50,142 bases of DNA from a virus. Shown here piece after piece: positions 47,812 through 50,142 of this stretch. The translations under genes and the position numbers were made by a program. Below the pieces are notes generated by a model, which made no database searches, was not told the DNA's origin, and saw nothing but the letters and a program-made list of their open reading frames with translations. The stretch is from positions 64,001 to 114,142 of IMG/VR virus record IMGVR_UViG_3300035498_000744; one strand, 5' to 3'. How positions within the stretch are numbered: position 1 is the first letter of the stretch; the number at the start of each line of letters is the position of its first letter.

Positions 47812-48873
47812 TTACGCACCTCTTTTCTTATTTCGGCAATGCTTACATATACTATACAAGCCATCCTTGCTCATACCATTTCTAGAAAAGAATTGCGCAT
47901 GGGCGGGTTTTAATTCTCCGCACTTGGTACATCGTTTCATTGGATAGTTATTAGTCTTATATTCCCATGTTAAGAAGTCCTCAGTAGCGGTTTCCGCAAT
48001 TATCTTAGGAATTTTATTCCGCCATAAGGCCGACAAGTATTCTACAGTATAAGTGGTACCAAATTCATCTTTCAAAAGGTCTCGAATCTCACTATTTTGC
48101 TTTTTATCTATTTTTAGCTCTACTATACGTTGATAAATAGGATATTCCTTTAGCGCTTTATCACAAGTTTCCTCAAACGCCTAAAGCAAGTACCACATAT
48201 CTCCGCTGAATTGATCATAGCTGTCTTCTTTAAGTTTAGAATAGTTACATAAGATTGCTGATACGACTCTAGAATCCATAAGAGAAATACCACTTACCAT
48301 GACCTTAGGCCCTTCGGCAGTCTTTTCTAAATGAGAAGTATCATCAAGAGGTAAAAGATTCTATCCCCCTCTCGTTATTTTACACAAAGATATCGGTCGT
48401 TGATAAGCTTGCTTTATAAGATATTGGTCTTTTCGCATTTCGATTAAAGCTTTCTTTATAGTATAAGCCTACCTTGTTCCATTCGCACGTTTTAAAGCTT
48501 TTTCCCAGTCATTAATTGCTTCCCGCAATTGCCGCAAAGAAGGTATTGTGTCTAAATCATGCTAGGTAATGGAAATCTTTGGCTAAAGTAACGCATTTTT
48601 ATTTTCTACTATTAGGCTATAAATGCCATCTTCGCCATTTTCCATCTACGCTGCAAGCCCTTCAAAGGAATACTCTCTCTTATTAACTGTAGCCAATCTA
48701 TTTTCGGTTAAAATCTTCTTTTCTTTCTTCTCTTGTTTTTCCATACAAAGAATTAAATAATCTGCTAATGTCTCTAAATAAGCTGGAGTAATATCAGGGG
48801 TTTCCGCAATTATTTTTTCGACTAAGGCTTTACGTTCTTCTGGAGACTCGATAGTATAATCTAATTTGGTCAC
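47812..48873 (-). CDS. Protein with C-terminal HNH/zinc-ribbon-like motif (about 353 aa), first gene of the minus-strand operon
   Basis: RBS AAAGGAG then a GTG start. ORF-track 48646..48873 and 47812..48075 share a frame, joined by a TAG-only hand translation. C-terminus CTKCGELKPAHAQFFSRN...CKHCRNKK. Confidence 0.45.
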
Positions 48874-48890
48874 TTCTTCATCTCCTTTAC

Positions 48891-48926
48891 TCTATATATA
48901 ATAACAAAAAAAACTTAGATTGTCAA
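48891..48926 (-). promoter_or_regulatory. Sigma-A-like promoter for the minus-strand operon (TTGACA, 17 nt, TATATA)
   Basis: Read on the minus strand: TTGACAATCTAAGTTTTTTTTGTTATATA, about 25 nt upstream of the RBS. Confidence 0.45.
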
Positions 48927-48980
48927 TATCATTCCCTTCTATTTATATTTGATAAAAAACTCTATAAATAAATAATTAAA

Positions 48981-49010
48981 TTTGACCAATAAAAAATAAA
49001 ATGCTATAAT
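48981..49010 (+). promoter_or_regulatory. Sigma-A-like promoter (TTGACC, 17 nt, TATAAT) for the plus-strand right-arm genes
   Basis: TTGACCAATAAAAAATAAAATGCTATAAT about 30 nt upstream of RBS AAAGAGGG and ATG 49043. Confidence 0.5.
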
Positions 49011-49042
49011 ATTTTTATCAAGAGAGAAAAGAGGGCAAAAGA

Positions 49043-49357
49043 ATGTCTTTTTTTAGTAAGTCTCCTTGCCTTTTACCTGAAGGAGCTAAATATTTTTTTA
49101 ATATACTCGTGATAAACATTGGAATAAATTATGATAATTTAAGCGAGTTTTTTAATAATGGAAGTTGTAGTGCATGGTATTTAGACGCAATTAATAATCC
49201 TCGGCCATATGTAATTCATTTTTTCGCAAGTTCAACGCCTTACGATTGGGAATTAATAGGATACCCTCATTGTGTTATAGAAATAACCCCAGAGCAGAAA
49301 ATTTCTTTTTATGAGATGCTAGATTTTGGGACTAGCGATCCATGGAGGATAGATTAA
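49043..49357 (+). CDS. Hypothetical protein (104 aa)
   Basis: Complete standard-code ORF, TAA stop, overlaps the folD start. Confidence 0.5.
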   Translation: MSFFSKSPCLLPEGAKYFFNILVINIGINYDNLSEFFNNGSCSAWYLDAINNPRPYVIHFFASSTPYDWELIGYPHCVIEITPEQKISFYEMLDFGTSDPWRID

Positions 49358-50127
49358 TGGAACTTTTAAATATTAAAGAATATGTAAAACAAGAGAAAGA
49401 GAAACTGCGGGCGGCCGCTCCAAAGCGCATTAAACTGGGAATCATTGATGCCACAGAGCAAGGTGATTCCGCAAATCATTTATACATAAAAAATAAATGC
49501 AAAGATTTCGCCGAGATAGGTTGGGATTGCGAGATTTATCCAGTTACTGAAAATTCAGTGAAGCCAGCGATTAATCGAGCTATTGTTGGAGACTGCACTT
49601 CTATTATAGTCCAGTTGCCTACGAGAAAAGGAATAGATTTCCGGCCAGATATGATTCCTTCTTCTCTTGATTGTGATGGTGTGACAATGGGGTCTTTAGT
49701 AATTCCAGCTACTCCGAAGGGAATTGTTGATTATTTGAGGGCTTGCGGATTTCCATTTTCTAGAAAAACGGCAGTTGTTCTAGGTAGAAGTGATATTGTA
49801 GGCAAGCCTTTGGCAAAGCAACTGGCTGATCTTGATATGACAGTATCTTTATGCCATTCAAAGACAAGGTTAGAAGATAGAGTTTACTTGCTGAAAAATG
49901 CGGATTTAGTAATTTGCGCTATTGGCAAGGCTAAAAACGTGAAGCGAAGCGAATGCCCGCAAGCAGTTGTAGTAGATGTAGGAATTAATAGGGATGAGAA
50001 CGGCAAGCTTTGTGGCGATTTTGAAGAGGATGGAGGTCTTTCTACTCCTGTTCCAGGAGGGGTTGGTTTGCTAACTCGCTTAGCGTTAATGAAAAATTGC
50101 TATGTTTTGGGGAAAACATTAGAATAA
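49357..50127 (+). CDS. folD: Bifunctional methylene-THF dehydrogenase / methenyl-THF cyclohydrolase (FolD)
   Basis: FolD signatures: GRSxIVGKPL, CHSKT, VVDVGINR, GDF..., VPGGVGLLTRLALMKN. Start at the second ATG (MELLNIK...). No in-frame TAG in 257 codons. Confidence 0.8.
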   Translation: MELLNIKEYVKQEKEKLRAAAPKRIKLGIIDATEQGDSANHLYIKNKCKDFAEIGWDCEIYPVTENSVKPAINRAIVGDCTSIIVQLPTRKGIDFRPDMIPSSLDCDGVTMGSLVIPATPKGIVDYLRACGFPFSRKTAVVLGRSDIVGKPLAKQLADLDMTVSLCHSKTRLEDRVYLLKNADLVICAIGKAKNVKRSECPQAVVVDVGINRDENGKLCGDFEEDGGLSTPVPGGVGLLTRLALMKNCYVLGKTLE

Positions 50128-50142
50128 GGAGAATGGAGCTAA

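Overview
This window reads as nearly a complete tailed-phage genome, or a prophage: about 35% GC, with a dense minus-strand morphogenesis operon and short plus-strand arms at both ends.

The six-frame ORF track is badly fragmented across roughly 2.8–48.9 kb, and the reason is that TAG is an in-frame sense codon there, while genes end in TAA or TGA. Reading through TAG (most plausibly as Gln) joins the fragments into coherent genes, hand-translated here:

- Plus strand, left arm: dUTPase and a RuvC-like resolvase with 5 in-frame TAGs.
- Packaging module (minus strand): an HNH-like protein, a terminase small-subunit candidate, and a GIY-YIG homing endonuclease.
- Large terminase (minus strand), split into about 5 exons by structured elements carrying group I intron P/Q/R/S motifs.
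- A frameshifted Vsr/DUF559-like endonuclease between the terminase and portal genes.
- Head genes (minus strand): portal, scaffold-like protein, and a lambda-E-like major capsid protein.
- Tail genes (minus strand): connector/tail-completion proteins, major tail protein, chaperone, a tape-measure ORF of about 2,890 aa, and very large tail-tip/baseplate ORFs of about 1,350, 1,560 and 680 aa, plus tail fibres.

At the tail-fibre end, a plus-strand fibre gene (6381..7502) converges on a promoterless, start-less alternative fibre C-terminus on the minus strand. Perfect 105-bp inverted repeats, in frame on both sides, flank the intervening segment. This looks like a Mu G-segment-like invertible host-range cassette.

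The right edge carries a sigma-A-like promoter driving a small ORF and a TAG-free FolD gene. No tRNA (and so no suppressor tRNA) or CRISPR array was seen.

Everything was translated by hand, so coordinates of recoded genes may be off by a few nucleotides.
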